Shown piece after piece: positions 48,627-63,600 of a DNA stretch of 64,000 nt. The notes under the pieces are model-generated. The model had not been told where the DNA came from. It saw only the letters and a list, made by a program, of their open reading frames with translations, and did not search any database. Source of the DNA: Paraphysomonas bandaiensis (taxonomy: Eukaryota; Protista; Chrysophyceae); contig CBFFRP010000578.1 in NCBI GenBank assembly GCA_965644295.1, forward strand, positions 1-64,000. Direction: 5' to 3'. The translations under genes and the position numbers were made by a program. Position 1 is the first letter of the stretch. Each line of letters starts with the position of its first letter.

Positions 48627-51600
48627 TTACAGTAAACTTGAGAATGTATGATTAATATCGTCATTGTGACTGTTGTCTTCAAACAAAACACCAGCACTCG
48701 GAGAAGGGTCACTTTTCCACTCTATATTAACAGACCCAACGCTCAAAGTATGTGGCTCTCCGGGGCTACGGTCGAGTCCCCTCATAGAGACCTCCCTCCC
48801 AAGATATTTGATCGTCTCCTCCAACTCTGTGCTATCCACAGTTGAAGACGACTCTGATGAATCATCTTGGCCTTTTTCTATGTCTGAGGTATCATTGTCA
48901 TCGTCCCCATGTACTGTAGGTACCGCAGCAAATTGAACAGACCGGCCTCGTTTGGTATCAGCATCATCATCTTTTGCTCCCAAAGATGTATTATTTCCTG
49001 AAGAGTCTGTTGCATTCTTCGCGGATGACATTTCTTCCAACCCTTTGCTGGACCCGGAGGCTTCGGTCAAAAACTCTGCTCCAGACACACCGTCCATGTC
49101 ACTATCACTAGAATTTTCTATAATATCCTTTCCATACCAGTCATCAAGGTCATGGACATCCGTCTTCGTGCCACCAACAAGACTATGGGCACTTTCCCAT
49201 GTATGGTGGAATTGCTGATGTGCTTGTTGATAAAGAGGAATCGCATCAAGATACTTTCCTTGTGCACTTAATACTTCGGCCAGGCCGTTAATGACCTCAA
49301 CCTTTTCCATGGGGTCCACAACGTCAAGGTTGAACTCATCATCTTCAACACTCTGAAGATTCAGTGCCTTCCTAAATGTTTCTTCGGCGTCCTCAAGGTT
49401 CCCGTCATCTCTCAATTCTTTCGCACGCAGTAACAGGAGATGGTGGGCTTGTCCAGTTGGCACAGAATCGTGATTAGCGTACTTCTCTTCTAGCTGTTGG
49501 CGATCATATGATCGCTTCAAAAAGTACAAGCCGATACACAACAAACAGCATAAGAATAAAATTGGGAAGGCAATAGAGTATATCAGTGTCCTAGTTTCTA
49601 CCACTGCATCATCAGCAGATGATTTTATGACAGGAACTGGAACTGGTGCTGGGGTGGGACTTTCGTTTCTATCGCTCTCATAAGTTGCATTTTTTTCAAA
49701 CTCGAGAACGGTACCCAATAATACTGAACTTTCGGTTGAAAAGGCGTATTCTTTCTCACCACTCACAGACTGCAATCTTCTATGGCGCCGATCGGATGTA
49801 TGGAATGCATTGAAGGAGACGGGACATGAGCACGTGGTCGAAACACCATCGAACTTAACCACATTGCAGCTCGAATCCTCTGCTCCGGTTCCATCTGCGC
49901 ATATGGGGAGGGTATTATAAAGGGGACAGGACACGGTCCACGTTCCAAGAGAATTCGCTAGACATTCAACTTCTACAACAGTAGATAAGCCATTTGTAAC
50001 ATCTGCACTACAGAAATACTCTTGTGTGGAAAACGACGGCTCTTTCTCGCAATACAGTTCCACTTGGTGAACTTCGTTTAAATGTGTCACATCACTGCTT
50101 ACATTGCGCGAATGGGGCATTGTCGTCCACACAGAAGCCTCCTCGCTGACAGACACGTTTTCAGTCGTACTAAGCATGATCGAAGATATGGTGCGGCCAG
50201 CTGCACTAATGACAGTGCATGTTGCGTTCTCGACTTCACAATCAGGCTCAACAATGTCACTGAATGTAGATACTTGCAAGATATACTTCGCGGCAATGTT
50301 CAAGTCGAAGAAGTTAAGCACCTCAGAGAAATTAGATGGTGGAATAGGCTTCTCATTCGATAACGGAAAACCGGCTATGGAATTCGACAACGTAAATGGC
50401 CATCCAATAGCCACATATACACTGAACTCACTGTACACTCCGCTTGCTTCTTCGCCGACCAATAATATATCAATAATATTTTCGGTGATAAGATCAACTA
50501 AATCCGGTACCGAGTACATATTAGACAAATCAAGTTTTCGTCTCTGGCCAGATGCACCGGCCTTTGCAGCAGCAGAGTCTAACGTATTCACGCAGGAGAG
50601 TAAACTTAAAGCAGTGTCGACGCTTTGAAACTCAGACTGTATAAATATATTGCTAACTTCTGACGAGTATACTATGGCAGCTTCAATGACAGCCGGGAAT
50701 TCACCAGTTTGGACAACAGTACCATTCGCAAATAGAGAGCAGAGACTTATGGCAGATTCAATGTACAGCGAATTTTCCGTAAATTCAATTTCATTCAAAT
50801 GAGATGTCACAATGTCAATTAGAGAAAATATGATGTCAGCAATATTAGCTTTATCATTATCTCCATTTAAGCTGATATAATGTTCTACGGCAATATGTGC
50901 AGAGGCTGCACTCTGAAAGAGTAGGTTGTAATCTCTTATGCCTGTGGCATACTCAATTTCACTAACTATCTTGTCATTAAGAGTGTCAACACTAGCATAG
51001 TCACGGGGGGCGACAATAACATCAGTCGTACGCGACGTCGACGCGCCAAAGCGATCAAACACTGTGCCTTTCAGAGTAAGATAAAATTTTCCATCACGTA
51101 AAGACCCAGCTGGTAAATAGCTTGACACAAAAGAAAACTCAGAGAATGCTGTAATAAGTGTACTATCGGTACCGGCGTTTAAGTAGGCAAATGAATACGA
51201 GAGAGGCAGATCATCGTCCTCACATAGAATGGATGCCATCGAAAAATTTGTCCCTGAGGTGCCTGCTACCCCTTCTATAGGGAAAACATCAAAATCACCA
51301 TAAAGAGGACCAGCGTTTACTTGTACAATGACAGATGTCACAGCAGCTGCACAGTCAGTGCAGTGGTTGGGATACACTGCTAGCTGAAATATATAGCTGA
51401 CATCGCCATTAGCCAGAAATGTACGCGGCACTCTATGCGGAAACGAAAAAGTACCACCACTCGTAACTGTGAAGTTGAGCTCCGATAGAGTTGTGTCAGA
51501 CGACAAGATGCTCCACACAGCAATGGCGTCTGACGATGAAATAACAGTCGACGACAGAATAATATCGTCATTCCAATTCACTACTCGATTACCACTCTGT

Positions 51601-54600
51601 TCATCACTTTCCAGCACAGAAACTTCCAGGACTGGGGTCGTCTTATCTGCTGCTGTCGTAACCAGCTCAACAGTAGTCTCAGCTTTCGAAATCACATTGC
51701 TGATAAGAACCGTGAATTCATACGTGGCTGACGAATCCAAAGTGTTAGCGGGAATCGTAATCACTGATTTTGTACTCGAGACTCCATCTAAACCACATTC
51801 ATCAAGCGCAGGGGAAACCTTAATACAATCCCAACTATATGACAGATTTGATTCTTCTCCACGTTGTGTTCCCACACTTTCGTCGTAAGAAAATGACGCG
51901 TCCAGCTCAATCACATCACCCGCCGACTTGGTTACATAATTACCCCCGCGAATTAAAGGTACAATCGACCCATCTAGAACATAGACTCTCATTGAAGATG
52001 AAGCTGATGTCCCAGCTACTACATCAGTAACCACCAAAGTAATCTTATAATCGGAGCCTGAAGCAAACGAATACGGCGCCGCGATGAAATTGAGAGGACT
52101 GGATGCCGTGTTAATGACGCTAGTTATTGTTTTTCCCGCACTCGACACAGTCCACTTGTACGACAAAGTACTACTTGTCGTGGACGTACCGCTACAAGTA
52201 GAGGGCGATGCTCTGGCGTGAATTGCAAATGTTTCATACGTGAATATATTTCTTCGACGGCTGCCATCGAAAAGAACATGGGGGACAGTTGTTTTCAATC
52301 TCTTAACAACAGTAACTGAAGACGAGTCAGACGCTCCCAAGAAATTTTTCAACATTAACTTGAATTTGTAGGTTCTTCCAGAAGTTAAATATGAGCTCGG
52401 AATCTGTCGACATCGAGATTTTTCTGAGCAGGTCGAAAAAGCACTGTTCAAATAAGCGGTGACTTTTGCATCTGCCCCCTGAGTAAGTGACTCCGCAGAC
52501 CATACAGCTTCAGTCCAATTTCTTCCTCCACTTCCACTAGATTGTTCGTAGGAAAGTTGCAGCGACGAACAGGCAGATATCCACTGAGGGGCGGTTATTC
52601 GCACAGTTGGAATAATTGGATCTAGTGGAGCTTCAATTTCTACTTCCGCAGCAGGAGATGCGCCATACGATGGGCAAGTCGTCGAGCCAGCAGTACAAGC
52701 CGCTGTTACCACACCGGGAAGTAAACTAAGTGAACTTCCGACTGAAGGGACAGGTGAAAGAAGCGCTGGTAATGCAGCCTTGATCTCTCTGTCAGACAAG
52801 AAAGTACAAGATGAATCACTCGCTCCAGCAAAGGAGAATATTCGGTCACATGAAAACACTGTATCAAATAAACCCCCATTCATTCCCATATCTGTTCTAG
52901 AGTCGAAAGTAATCACAAGAGACGCACCCGAATTCGAAAATTTGGCCGCTAGCAGCGTAGGGGGTTCAGGTGTAACATCAGTTCCATAGGCTTGAATTAC
53001 AACATACTCATCTGCACTGTATGATGACGACACATTAACGTAGTACTCTTCAGCACTATCTCCTGACACATTAAGTGTCACATAATAGCACCCAGCATCT
53101 AAGGGGTATATTCTAAACGCCTTGGAAGCATCGATAGACGATGTACTGGTAAACAATATCTGCGAGGGAATAACACTAGCGGTAGAGACCGTTAAACTGT
53201 CGGGTGATATCAGCAAACTGCACTGCCCGGACTGTGGCAGGGGCGCGAAATAAGTTTGCACACCAATTTCTACAGCTTTCGACGGCCTGTCGTTTAATAT
53301 TATAGAAAATTTCGAGGACGACTGAGCCGTAGGAATACGATAACCAGAATACGATAGGTATATGGCCTTTAGTCCGAGTATGGTCGATTTTACCGCCATG
53401 TCATATACGGTACTTAAAGCAGTTTTCTCGGCGCCGGATTCTTGCTTTAAAACTGACTCAGTATAGCACAAAATCGTGTAATTGACACCAATAGCCAATT
53501 TAGTCAATTCCACTTCGAAACTACCCGGTCCACTCGCATAGCCACGAACCCCACTAACCATGATACTTTCCACACTCGTGATTACTGGAAGTCCGTCGTA
53601 TGCAGCACAATACAGATACCCTTCGGCAGAAATATTGTGTAACGTGACAACAATACTTCTCATGTTGAAATTAGGAGCAGTGGAAATATGAGAAAAAGTA
53701 GGTGGAGTTGTTAGTGATTCAATATCCATACACATACCCGAGGATCTACCACCGACACCATAACAAGCCACGTCCGTAGGGAATGCTAAATTACTGCCAC
53801 AATCGCAAGGTGTTTCACAATCAACACATACTCTTAACGTAGAGTCACTACACATTTCAGTTTTCCATGAATGACCACTGCATTCCACAACACCATCAAC
53901 TTCTTCGCTCAATGCAGTGTAGAATGAAGTTAAACTTTGCTCGTCATCACAAACAATATGCCTAGAATAAGAGTTCGCCCTTGAGCAACCAGAGCAATTA
54001 GCACCAGCAACTACCACGGATACTGAACGTGGTATTTTGAAATTGTAATCTACAGTTGCGTTCGCCAAGAAGCTTCGCCACATACTCGCACCTCCACTAC
54101 GCTGATCTCCATACCACACACTATCCTTGTAACGGTAATCGCACGATGGCCCGTTAATAATCTCATCAACAATGCTTTCCGCCAATTCGATATCGTATGT
54201 AATTGTAGGTGTCGCAGAAGCACGTACTGTGGGCTTGCTTGTCGGGAAATAGGTTGGCAAAAAGGTATCATCGAAGCTACAACTATTCAATAACTGGTAA
54301 AATTGAGCCGAGATATTAGGATCAAAAATACTAATAGATAATGTAGATGAAATCTGTGCTTTTGTGGAAGAACGGATTAGCAAATCACCATCAACATCCG
54401 AAGAAAAAAAAGAATGAACATTCACATGAATATTGGGATATGAGACAACATTCACAGACGACACAGACTGCCCAACAAATGGTGAACTGTATAAAACACG
54501 AATAGCATCATTTAGAAAATCCGTCACAAAGAGAACAGGACGATTCAGGTGTGAATAAGCGTAAGATATAGTCAATGGATAGGAAAACTCCGCTACATCA

Positions 54601-57600
54601 CCCCACCCATCACGATACCCTCCAGCAGTAGTGTATACATCACTGCCATTACGATCCTGAGAAAAGTCATAGCCAGCATACGTACTCACGTAACCCGAAT
54701 ACACCGAATACTTACGAACAGTCATCGAACCTACATTGAAATCATCGAATTCACTTCCAAACTCAGAAAAACTTTCAGTAAAATACAAAGAATCACCCAC
54801 GGGATCATACGTAATGCTAGACGGAAATGCCAATAGGGCACTCGTACCAAATCCATCCTGCAGATATGGAGTGGGATCATCAGAACCAATGCCTCCATAC
54901 GTCACACTAGGATCTCCAGCCAAAACCGTTATCTCAGAGTAGTGACTCACACCCATAGGTATCCGTAACAATAAATTCAAACCCAACGATACTGTCACAT
55001 ATATCATGCCATGGCTCTCCACAGCTGCTACCCCAAATATATACACATTATTAGGCCAAGAATTAGCTGTCTTGAACGCAGTTAATGCTGTGTACTCATT
55101 ACGAACATATGCTGATATCGAGGTGGAACTCGTGTCTCGAGTAAGGTTAAACAGCTTCGTCCGATCAGTCACATATAGATACGATCCGGCCTTATCAACA
55201 TCCATACCAGGAAAGCGACCTCCAGTGCTTAGGCCATCAGATTCAGTGAACACGAATCTATCTCCAGCACTATTCGATACCGTGTATACATATCGTGTGG
55301 CGAAGTCAAGTATACGAATGAGTTTGCTATCATCGCTACAAACATATAGTAAATCTGAGTCGTTGTCATACTTCATTTTGCTGACTTTGCTGAAAGATGT
55401 GTTACTGTTTTCAAAGTTTCCATCTTCACTGCCGCCACTTGGTCCTCCTGTTACAAATTTTGTCTTTGACGAGAAGTCCAATATATTACCATTCGTTATC
55501 GTCCCATTTACAAATAATATTTTGCTTGCAATCGAAACAAAAAAACCGGATACTCCAGAGTAATATCCAGGCTCCACACCAACTGCTCCATTTATATTTG
55601 CTAAAGTGGAGACGTTGACGACTCTACCATCCACGGTTGGCAAAACCGAAGGATTACAAGTCACAGTAGGATGGATAGTTGGCAAAATGCTTGGTAAAGG
55701 AGACGGAAAAAGGGTAGGTGGGAGAGTATTATTCACAGCCTTAGACCCAACCGCAGTATAAACAACGCGAATAGCATCATTTAGAAAATCCGTCACAAAG
55801 AGAACAGGACGATTCAGGTGTGAATAAGCGTAAGATATAGTCAATGGATAGGAAAACTCCGCTACACCACCCCACCCATCACGATACCCTCCAGCAGTGT
55901 AATATGAACCATCCTCATTACGATCCTGAGAAAAGTCATAGCCAGCATACGTACTCACGTAACCTGAATACACCGAATACTTACGTACAGTCATCGAACC
56001 TACATTGAAATCATCGAATTCACTTCCAAGCTCAGAAAAACTTTCAGTGAAATACAAAGAATCACCCACGGGATCATACGTAATGCTAGACGGAAATGCC
56101 AATAGAGCACTCGTACCAAATCCATCCTGCAGATATGGAGTGGGATCATCAGAACCAATGCCTCCATACGTCACACTAGGATCTCCAGCCAAAACCGTTA
56201 TCTCAGAGTAGTGACTCACGCCCATAGGTATCCGTAACAATAAATTCAAACCCAACGATACTGTCACATATATCATGCCATGGCTCTCCACAGCTGCTAC
56301 CCCAAATATATACACATTATTAGGCCAAGAATTAGCTGTCTTGAACGCAGTTAATGCTGTGTACTCATTACGAACATATGCTGATATCGAGGTGGAACTC
56401 GTGTCTCGAGTAAGGTTAAACAGCTTCGTCCGATCAGTCACATATAGATACGATCCGGCCTTATCAACATCCATACCAGGAAAGCGACCTCCAGTGCTTA
56501 GACCATCAGATTCAGTGAACACGAATCTATCTCCAGCACTATTCGATACCGTGTATACATATCGTGTGGCGAAGTCAAGTATACGAACAAGTCTTTGTTC
56601 TGCAGAAACAGTGACGTATAACGTATTTGTTGAGGCGTCATACTTCATCGTTCCAATATTTTCGAATCCTACTTCATTACTTTCAAATGATCCATCTTGG
56701 TTTCCATGCGCAGTTGAACCTCCAGCAACCTTAACAATAAAGGGAGGGTGGTTTGTGGCGGAATTTTCAATGGTGGATTGGTTGATAAACATTATCTCGT
56801 TAGTGATGGTGGTATAAAATACTCCCGACATGTTCATGTAACTACCATATTCAACACCAATAGATCTATTTGCTGTAATCGCTACGGATGACACATTTAT
56901 AAATTTGTAGTCCACTGTGGGAGTCAGAGTTGGGGGAAAAGTCGAGGGACTCAGAGTAGGAATTGAAGTTGGTATGGGTGAAGGCGCCACCGATACCACC
57001 TGGGTTGGTAGCATACTAGGGGCAGAACTAGGAAATGATGACGGAAGACAAGTTGGTAAATCCGTCGGAAATTTAGTTGGTATAACCGTTGGTCTCAATG
57101 TAGGCGAAATCGTCGGTGGAGAAGACTCTATCGATCTTACAACTCCTACTCCAGTATAAACAACGCGAATAGCATCATTTAGAAAATCCGTCACAAAGAG
57201 AACAGGACGATTCAGGTGTGAATAAGCGTAAGATATAGTCAATGGATAGGAAAACTCCGCTACACCACCCCACCCATCACGATACCCTCCAGCAGTGTAA
57301 TATGAACCATCCTCATTACGATCCTGAGAAAAGTCATAGCCAGCATACGTACTCACGTAACCCGAATACACCGAATACTTACGAACAGTCATCGAACCTA
57401 CATTGAAATCATCGAATTCACTTCCAAACTCAGAAAAACTTTCAGTGAAATACAAAGAATCACCCACAGGATCATACGTAATGCTAGACGGAAATGCCAA
57501 TAGAGCACTCGTACCAAATCCATCCTGCAGATATGGAGTGGGATCATCAGAACCAATGCCTCCATACGTCACACTAGGATCTCCAGCCAAAACCGTTATA

Positions 57601-60600
57601 TCAGAGTAGTGACTCACGCCCATAGGTATCCGTAACAATAAATTCAAACCCAACGATACTGTCACATATATCATGCCATGGCTCTCCACAGCTGCTACCC
57701 CAAATATATACACATTATTAGGCCAAGAATTAGCTGTCTTGAACGCAGTTAATGCTGTGTACTCATTACGAACATATGCTGATATCGAGGTGGAACTCGT
57801 GTCTCGAGTAAGGTTAAACAGCTTCGTCCGATCAGTCACATATAGATACGATCCGGCCTTATCAACATCCATACCAGGAAAGCGACCACCAGTACTCAGT
57901 CCGTCGTACTCAGTGAACTCGTAAGTATTTCCAGTGACATTCGATACTGTGTATGCAATACCTGATTTTAAATCTAATGATCGTATTTTTCGATATGTAT
58001 CATCACACGCATATATAATATCATTAGCATTATCATGTATTATGCTTCCAATTGTTGGTTCTCCACTGAGATTGGGTCCATCCTGGAAGTCCTCTGTACT
58101 AATATTGACAATGGTAACAAACATTGGTACTCTGTCTGAACGATATGACCCGATACCGGTGTCATTGACGAACAACACTGCTGTTCCAGTTGTAACAAAA
58201 AGTCCCGATGCACCCATGTATAGTCCTGATGCTAAACCAACCATACCCTTCATATTCTCAGATAGAGTGGACACATTGACAAACCGATAATCGTGTGTCG
58301 GGGATAATGTCGGACCTGTCGGGCTACAAGAGGGTGTGGCAGTGGGGACTGATGTCGTTGGCAGCGAAGTTGGGGTAGAGGAGGGTAAGACAGAGGGAAT
58401 GACAATTGGGCATATCGTTGGAGACGAAGTAGGACTCCACGATGGTGAAAGAGATGGAGGCGATGATGGTACATCAGTTTGTGCAGCTGAGGGGTGTGAG
58501 GTGGGTACATATGTAGGGCTACTACTGGGATGACATGAAGGATTAGTGGTTGGACTTGGAGTAGGATCACATGTCGACAACAGAGTAGGCTTCAGTGTCG
58601 GCGTAGTGGTAGGATGTCGAGTGGGGGTGGCAGAAGGAGAGCATATTGGTCCCATAGTCGGCTCAAAAGTAGGAGTTCCACTTGGTAAAAAGGTTGGAGC
58701 GGCTGAAGGTGTGCAACTCGGGATGCCAGTTGGATGTAAAGACGGTGTATGGGAGGGAGTATGAGAGGGAATAGCCGTTACACTAGCGGTTGGGTAGGCG
58801 GTCGGGACTCCAGAAGGGCTACTGGACGGATTGATACTTGGCACAATAGAGGGACAAAAAGATGGAAAACATGATGGACAAATCGTTGGCCTACTATTAG
58901 AAGGCTGAGATGTCGGGAAAGAGGTTGGGGAGTATACGGAATACACAACGCGAATAGCATCATTTAGAAAATCCGTCACAAAGAGAACAGGACGATTCAG
59001 GTGTGAATAAGCGTAGGATATAGTCAATGGATAGGAAAACTCCGCTACACCACCCCGCCCATCACGATACCCTCCAGCAGTAGTGTATACGTCACTGCCA
59101 TTACGATCCTGTGAAAAGTCATAGCCAGCATACGTACTCACGTAACCCGAATACACCGAATACTTACGAACAGTCATCGAACCTACATTGAAATCATCGA
59201 ACTCACTTCCAAGCTCAGAAAAACTTTCAGTGAAATACAAAGAATCACCCACGGGATCATACGTAATGCTAGACGGAAATGCCAATAGGGCACTCGTACC
59301 AAATCCATCCTGCAGATATGGAGTGGGATCATCAGAACCAATGCCTCCATACGTCACACTAGGATCTCCAGCCAAAACCGTTATCTCAGAGTAGTGACTC
59401 ACACCCATAGGTATCCGTAACAATAAATTCAAACCCAACGATACTGTCACATATATCATGCCATGGCTCTCCACAGCTGCTACCCCAAATATATACACAT
59501 TATTAGGCCAAGAATTAGCTGTCTTGAACGCAGTTAATGCTGTGTACTCATTACGAACATATGCTGATATCGAGGTGGAACTCGTGTCTCGAGTAAGGTT
59601 AAACAGCTTCGTCCGATCAGTCACATATAGATACGATCCGGCCTTATCAACATCCATACCAGGAAAGCGACCTCCAGTGCTCAGGCCATCAGATTTGGTG
59701 AACACGAATCTATCTCCAGCACTATTCGATACCGTGTATACATATCGTGTGGCGAAGTCAAGTATACGAACAAGTCTTTCTTTGTCACCACAGGCGAATA
59801 GGATGTCGGAGTCATCGTCGTATTTCATTCTGTTTACGTCATCGAAATGGGCTTCACCGTTGTCGAAAGAACCATCTGTACTTGCTTTTACACTTCCACC
59901 AGCAACATGTATAGCAGATATATTGAATCTGATGTTCGTGGATTCGACATCGTACTTGTTAATAAACACTATCTTATTGGCGATTGAAACAAAAACACCA
60001 GCCATATTTATATATTGTCCCGGTTCAACCGAAACAACACTACCTAAACTGAAATAAGTAGAAACATTAATGACTGTGTTATCCGTTGTAGGAAGAACGG
60101 ATGGCAAATTAGTAAGACCTAGAGAAGGCAACATAGTCGGATTACGTGAAGGGAACATTGTTGGCTTCCTAGTTGGAGGACTTGTAACTGCTGAAGGAAC
60201 AGCACCAATACCAGTATAAACAACGCGAATAGCATCATTTAGAAAATCCGTCACAAAGAGAACAGGACGATTCAGGTGTGAATAAGCGTAAGATATAGTC
60301 AATGGATAGGAAAACTCCGCTACACCACCCCACCCATCACGATACCCTCCAGCAGTAGTATATACGTCACTGCCATTACGATCCTGTGAAAAGTCATAGC
60401 CAGCATACGTACTCACGTAACCCGAATACACCGAATACTTACGTACAGTCATCGAACCTACATTGAAATCATCGAATTCACTTCCAAGCTCAGAAAAACT
60501 TTCAGTGAAATACAAAGAATCACCCACGGGATCATACGTAATGCTAGACGGAAATGCCAATAGAGCACTCGTACCAAATCCATCCTGCAGATATGGAGTG

Positions 60601-63600
60601 GGATCATCAGAACCAATGCCTCCATACGTCACACTAGGATCTCCAGCCAAAACCGTTATCTCAGAGTAGTGACTCACACCCATAGGTATCCGTAACAATA
60701 AATTCAAACCCAACGATACTGTCACATATATCATGCCATGGCTCTCCACAGCTGCTACCCCAAATATATACACATTATTAGGCCAAGAATTAGCTGTCTT
60801 GAACGCAGTTAATGCTGTGTACTCATTACGAACATATGCTGATATCGAGGTGGAACTCGTGTCTCGAGTAAGGTTAAACAGCTTCGTCCGATCAGTCACA
60901 TATAGATACGATCCAGCCTTATCAACATCCATACCAGGAAAGCGACCTCCAGTGCTCAGGCCATCAGATTTGGTGAACACGAATCTATCTCCAGCACTAT
61001 TCGATACCGTGTATACATATCGTGTGGCGAAGTCAAGTATACGAACAAGTCTTTCTTCGTCACCACAAGCGAATAGGATGTCGGAGTCCTCGTCGTATTT
61101 CATTTTACCTACATTTCCAAAAGTTGCTCCACTAGAAAACAACCCATCGTTACTGTCACCAGTCGATCCACCTGCCACAGTCAAAACTGTACGGGGTTCA
61201 GTTGGATCATAAGACTCAACACTAGAACCTACAATAAATATGACAGCACTTCCATTGGTTACAAATACACCAGAGCTGTCCAAATACATTCCAGACTCCA
61301 CCCCGACAACACTCCCAACAACAGAGAAAGTTGAAACATTAGAAAATCTGTAATCTACAGAAGGCATCGACGTTGGCACACTGGACGGGAAAGATGATGG
61401 CATGTGGGAAGGTTTGACACTTGGGAGGTGTGTAGGGGACAACGATGGAAAATATGTGGGCACTCGAGAAGGGAAGTAGGACGGTGAAACGGTAGGACGA
61501 CAAGTGGGAGGCTTCGATATCTGCGATGGGATTGAACCCACGACAGTATAAACAACGCGAATAGCATCATTTAGAAAATCCGTCACAAAGAGAACAGGAC
61601 GATTCAGGTGTGAATAAGCGTAAGATATAGTCAATGGATAGGAAAACTCCGCTACACCACCCCACCCATCACGATACCCTCCAGCAGTAGTATATACGTC
61701 ACTGCCATTACGATCCTGTGAAAAGTCATAGCCAGCATACGTACTCACGTAACCCGAATACACCGAATACTTACGTACAGTCATCGAACCTACATTGAAA
61801 TCATCGAATTCACTTCCAAACTCAGAAAAACTTTCAGTGAAATACAAAGAATCATCCACGGGATCATACGTAATGCTAGACGGAAATGCCAATAGGGCAC
61901 TCGTACCAAATCCATCCTGCAGATATGGAGTGGGATCATCAGAACCAATGCCTCCATACGTCACACTAGGATCTCCAGCCAAAACCGTTATCTCAGAGTA
62001 GTGACTCACACCCATAGGTATCCGTAACAATAAATTCAAACCCAACGATACTGTCACATATATCATGCCATGGCTCTCCACAGCTGCTACCCCAAATATA
62101 TACACATTATTAGGCCAAGAATTAGCTGTCTTGAACGCAGTTAATGCTGTGTACTCATTACGAACATATGCTGATATCGAGGTGGAACTCGTGTCTCGAG
62201 TAAGGTTAAACAGCTTCGTCCGATCAGTCACATATAGATACGATCCGGCCTTATCAACATCCATACCAGGAAAGCGACCTCCAGTGCTCAGGCCATCAGA
62301 TTTGGTGAACACGAATCTATCTCCAGCACTATTCGATACCGTGTGTACATATCGTGTGGCGAAGTCAAGTATACGAACAAGTCTTTCTTCGTCACCACAG
62401 GCGAATAGGATGTCGGAGTCCTCGTCGTATTTCATTTTACCTACATTTCCAAAAGTTGCTCCACTAGAAAACAACCCATCGTTACTGTCACCAGTCGATC
62501 CACCTGCCACAGTCAAAACTGTACGGGGTTCAGTTGGATCATAAGACTCAACACTAGAACCTACAATAAATATGACAGCACTTCCATTGGTTACAAATAC
62601 ACCAGAGCTGTCCAAATACATTCCAGACTCCACCCCAACAACACTCCCAACAACAGAGAAAGTTGAAACATTAGAGAATCTGTGATCAACAGAAGGAGCA
62701 AAAGTAGGCGCTGTCGGGGAAACAGAGGGTGGATGCGTTGGAGCCTCAGTTGGCAAAATGGTGGGTGTTGACGTTGGAAGAGATGTCGGTAGTGCTGTTG
62801 GGGACACGGTCGGAGAGAACGACGGGGCAGATGTCGGAACCGACGTAGGAGATCTCGTTGGAGAAAGAGTAGGATCCACTGTCGGTGCGTAAGTAGGAAC
62901 AGAGCTAGGTATTGTACTTGGGGCCGACGTTGGAGTAAACGTAGGACTCGATGTAGGATGTGACGTAGGATCTCTAGTAGGAATCATTGTCGGGGTACTA
63001 CTCGGTAACGCTGTAGGAGAACGAGTAGGAGTCGAGCTTGGGGATGACGTCGGATGCACTGTAGGAACCCTCGTTGGACGAGATGTTGGAGAATGTGTAG
63101 GGGAATTCGTTTCTCCATCAACAGTCGGGCGTGATGTCACTGGCGCCAAACTTGGCTCGCCACTAGGAACACAACTAGGGGCTCCACTGGGGGCAACGGT
63201 GGGAACAGATGTCGGTAGTGCTGTTGGGGACACGGTCGGAGAGAACGACGGGGCAGATGTCGGAACCGACGTAGGAGATCTCGTTGGAGAAAGAGTAGGA
63301 TCCATTGTCGGTGCGTAAGTAGGAACAGAGCTAGGTGTTGTACTTGGGGCCGACGTTGGAGTAAACGTAGGACTCGATGTAGGATGTGACGTAGGATCTC
63401 TAGTAGGACTCATTGTCGGGGTACTACTCGGTAACGCTGTAGGAGAACGAGTAGGAGTCGAGCTTGGGGATGACGTCGGATGCACTGTTGGAACCCTCGT
63501 TGGACGAGACGTTGGAGAATGTGTAGGGGAATTCGATTCTCCATCAACAGTCGGGCGTGATGTCACTGGCGCCAAACTTGGCTCGCCACTAGGAACACAA

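Noticed and set aside
54736-62544. Repeated plus-strand ORFs (MKSSNSLP..., MPWLSTAA...)
   Set aside because: Antisense shadows of the repeated domains of the giant gene
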